NCBI GenBank assembly: GCA_963777505.1
Contig: CAVZQN010000005.1
Span: 81,321-145,320, forward strand
Length of the DNA: 64,000 bases
Direction of reading: 5' to 3'
From: an uncultured bacterium
GTDB taxonomy: Bacteria > Acidobacteriota > HRBIN11 > JAKEFK01
Shown here: in pieces, positions 61,916-64,000 of the stretch
Layout: the number at the start of each line of letters is the position of its first letter
How positions within the stretch are numbered: the first letter of the stretch is position 1
Program-made: the position numbers and the translations under genes
Notes under the pieces: model-generated
What the model saw: the letters and a program-made list of their open reading frames with translations, nothing else
The model's database searches: none
Told to the model about the DNA's origin: nothing

Positions 61916-63943
61916 TCACCCGCGCTTCGCGAGCGACGCGAGCCAGGCGTCGCGGTCGAGCGGGCTCGGGCGGGAGCGTGCGCGTCGTCGGCGGGTTCTC
62001 GCCGATCGGCTGGTAGCCGCCGAAGCGCTGCTCGAGGATCCCCTCCCCCATCGACAGGCCGGGCAGCTGGTGCTGGAGCGTGCGGACGCGCGCGACGCGG
62101 CAGGACCGCCGACGGCCCGGGTCAGGCCGTTCGCCGAGAACTGCCCGGTCACGCGGCCGCCGAGCCGACCGAGGGCCGCGAGCACGGCCGGCGCCGTCGA
62201 CGTCGGCATCTCGAGCGACAGGTCGGCGAGCGGCTCGCAGACCCACGTCCCGGCGCGCTCGAGCGCCGTCGCCAGGACGAGCTGGGTCAGGCGCCGGAAG
62301 TCGGCCGCCGACGTGGCCGGTGACGCGTAGCCGCAGTCGGTCATGGTGACCCGGCAGTCGGTCACCTGCCAGCCGGCCAGGCCCTCCAGCGAGCGCCTCG
62401 TGGACGTACGACGTCCATCTGCGTCGCGAACGCGTCCGGCGTCTTGAACAGGTAGAGCGGGACGAGCCGGGGCTCGACGTCGGTGCGGAACTCGATGCCC
62501 GACCCGAACGCCGCGGGCTCGATGCGGAGCGCCAGCGTGGCCATGAACGGGTTCGTGCTGTCGCGGCGAGCTGCGGCCGGTGATGTTCGTCTTGGTCTTG
62601 GCGCGGATGACCTCCTCGGCCTCGCCGACGCGCGCCGGACGCTCGATGCAGACCGTCGTCGTCTCGCGGAAGTCGGCGGCGATGCCGTAGTCGCGCTCGA
62701 GCGTCGCCTGGATGACCTCCTTCTGGACCTCGCCGTAGAGCGAGACCGCGATCTCGTGGCGGATGGTCGTCCTGGCGGACGTCGATGAGCGGGTCCTGCT
62801 CGGCGAGCTGGTTGAGGGCGGCGCGGAGCGAGCCCTGCTCGTCCGGCCGGATCGGCGAACGACGACGGCCTCGAGCGCCGGCCGCGGGAAGCGGGCCGTG
62901 ACGTCGCTCACCCGGCGGCGGCTCGCCGATCGCGTCACCGACCCGGACGGCGCCGAGCCCGCGGACCGTGGCCATCTCGCCGGCCGTCAGGCGCGTCGCG
63001 CCGCGGCGCACCGGTCGGCGCGAAGACCTGGATCGACGTCGGCTTCGCCTCCTCCCCTCCCCCGACCCGGACGCGCTGGCGCGGCGCGCAGCGTGCCGGC
63101 GAACAGGCGCACGTAGGCGACGCGCTCGCCGGACGTCGTGCGCTCGATCTTGAAGACGCGGCCGGAGACGTCGGCCTCCGGGTCGCCGCGCGCGCCGCCG
63201 AGGAGCTCGTCGATGCCGGCCAGGAGGGCGTCGATCGCCGATGCCCCGCGCCGCCGAGCCGAAGTAGACCGGGTGGACGACGCCGGCCCGGGTCTGGACG
63301 CCGAGCTGCCTCGCGCAGGCGCTCGGTCGTGAGCGTGGTCGGCGTCGCCGACGTAGGCGTCGAGGATCGTCCTCGTCGTGCTCGGCGAGGACCTCGATCA
63401 GGGCCGTCCGATGCGTCGTCGTCGGCCGCGGTGAACGGCACGAACGTCGCGTCGGGCGGCCGGCGTCGCGGCACGGCCCATCGCACGACGCCGGGCGACA
63501 GGCGCCGCCGCATCGTCGGCCACGACGCGGTCCGGATCGGCGCCGGCCCGGTCGATCTTGTTGACGAAGATCAGGGTCGGGACGTGGAGCCGCTGCAGGG
63601 CGCGGAAGAGCAGCGGCGTCTGCGGCTGGACGCCCTCGACCGCCGAGACGACGAGGACCGCGCCATCGAGCACGCCGAGGACGCGCTCGACCTCGGCGAT
63701 GAAGTCGGGGTGGCCGGGCGTGTCGACGAGGTTGACCGCGAGGTCGCCGACGAGGAACGAGGCGACCGCGGACCGGATGGTGATGCCGCGTTCGCGCTCG
63801 AGGTCGAGCGAGTCGGTCTGGGTGGTGCCGGCGTCGACGCTGCCGACGTGGTCGATCGCGCCGGCGGTGAAGAGGAGTCGCTCGGTGAGGGTGGTCTTAC
63901 CGGCGTCGACGTGGGCGAGGATGCCGAGATTGAGCGTGCGCAT
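61916..63943 (-). pseudogene. Otr(A)/TetM-family ribosomal protection-like translational GTPase with multiple frameshifts
   Basis: LNLGILAHVDAGKTTLTE, ERERGITI, DTPGHPDF, NKID, LAEQDPLI, LYGEVQKEVI, GWQVTDC and SAADFRRL...VCEP are spread over several frames. Confidence 0.85.
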
Positions 63944-64000
63944 GGGACCTCATGTCGTGCAAGGAGGTGGTGACCTTCTGGCTGGACATGGGTGCTCCCA

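Noticed and set aside
61603-63973. Long Arg/Pro/Ala-rich ORFs on both strands of the GC-rich segment
   Set aside because: They are shadow frames of the frameshifted GTPase and membrane genes, expected in high-GC DNA.
1-64000. CRISPR array, tRNA/rRNA genes, transposase or integrase
   Set aside because: No regularly spaced repeats, RNA-gene signatures or recombinase motifs were seen by eye; the short repeats found are dispersed.

Overview
Positions 1 to ~61555 are moderately AT-rich bacterial DNA. The gene content (Ser/Thr kinase-TolB-TPR paralogues, tricorn protease, DUF5916 and DUF2723 proteins, several GT-C glycosyltransferases) suggests an Acidobacteriota-like genome, which is an inference. 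At ~61555 the sequence switches abruptly to very GC-rich, actinobacterial-looking DNA carrying an Otr(A)/TetM-family GTPase; this is most likely a contig or chimera junction. Several genes are split by single-base indels that look like long-read errors. No tRNA, rRNA, CRISPR array or transposase was seen. Four signals stand out. (1) A ~190 bp sigma54 enhancer-promoter cassette occurs three times (55202, 58382, 60763). Each copy has two TAGG-N10-CCTA-type boxes exactly 67 bp apart followed by a GG-N10-GC promoter. The copies surround an NtrC-type activator with a non-phosphorylatable receiver and sit upstream of small stress-type genes, several of which the ORF track missed. (2) Five dispersed orphan proteins lack signal peptides and share N-terminal motifs. 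Three have consensus sigma54 promoters, including a divergent pair: a 1258-aa translocator/pore-like protein and a PG-binding papain-like protease followed by an FGE-fold partner. Together they look like substrates of a type III-like secretion regulon. (3) REP-like palindromes are inserted in frame inside coding sequences. (4) A captured fragment of a glycosylation operon lies at 20645-21979.
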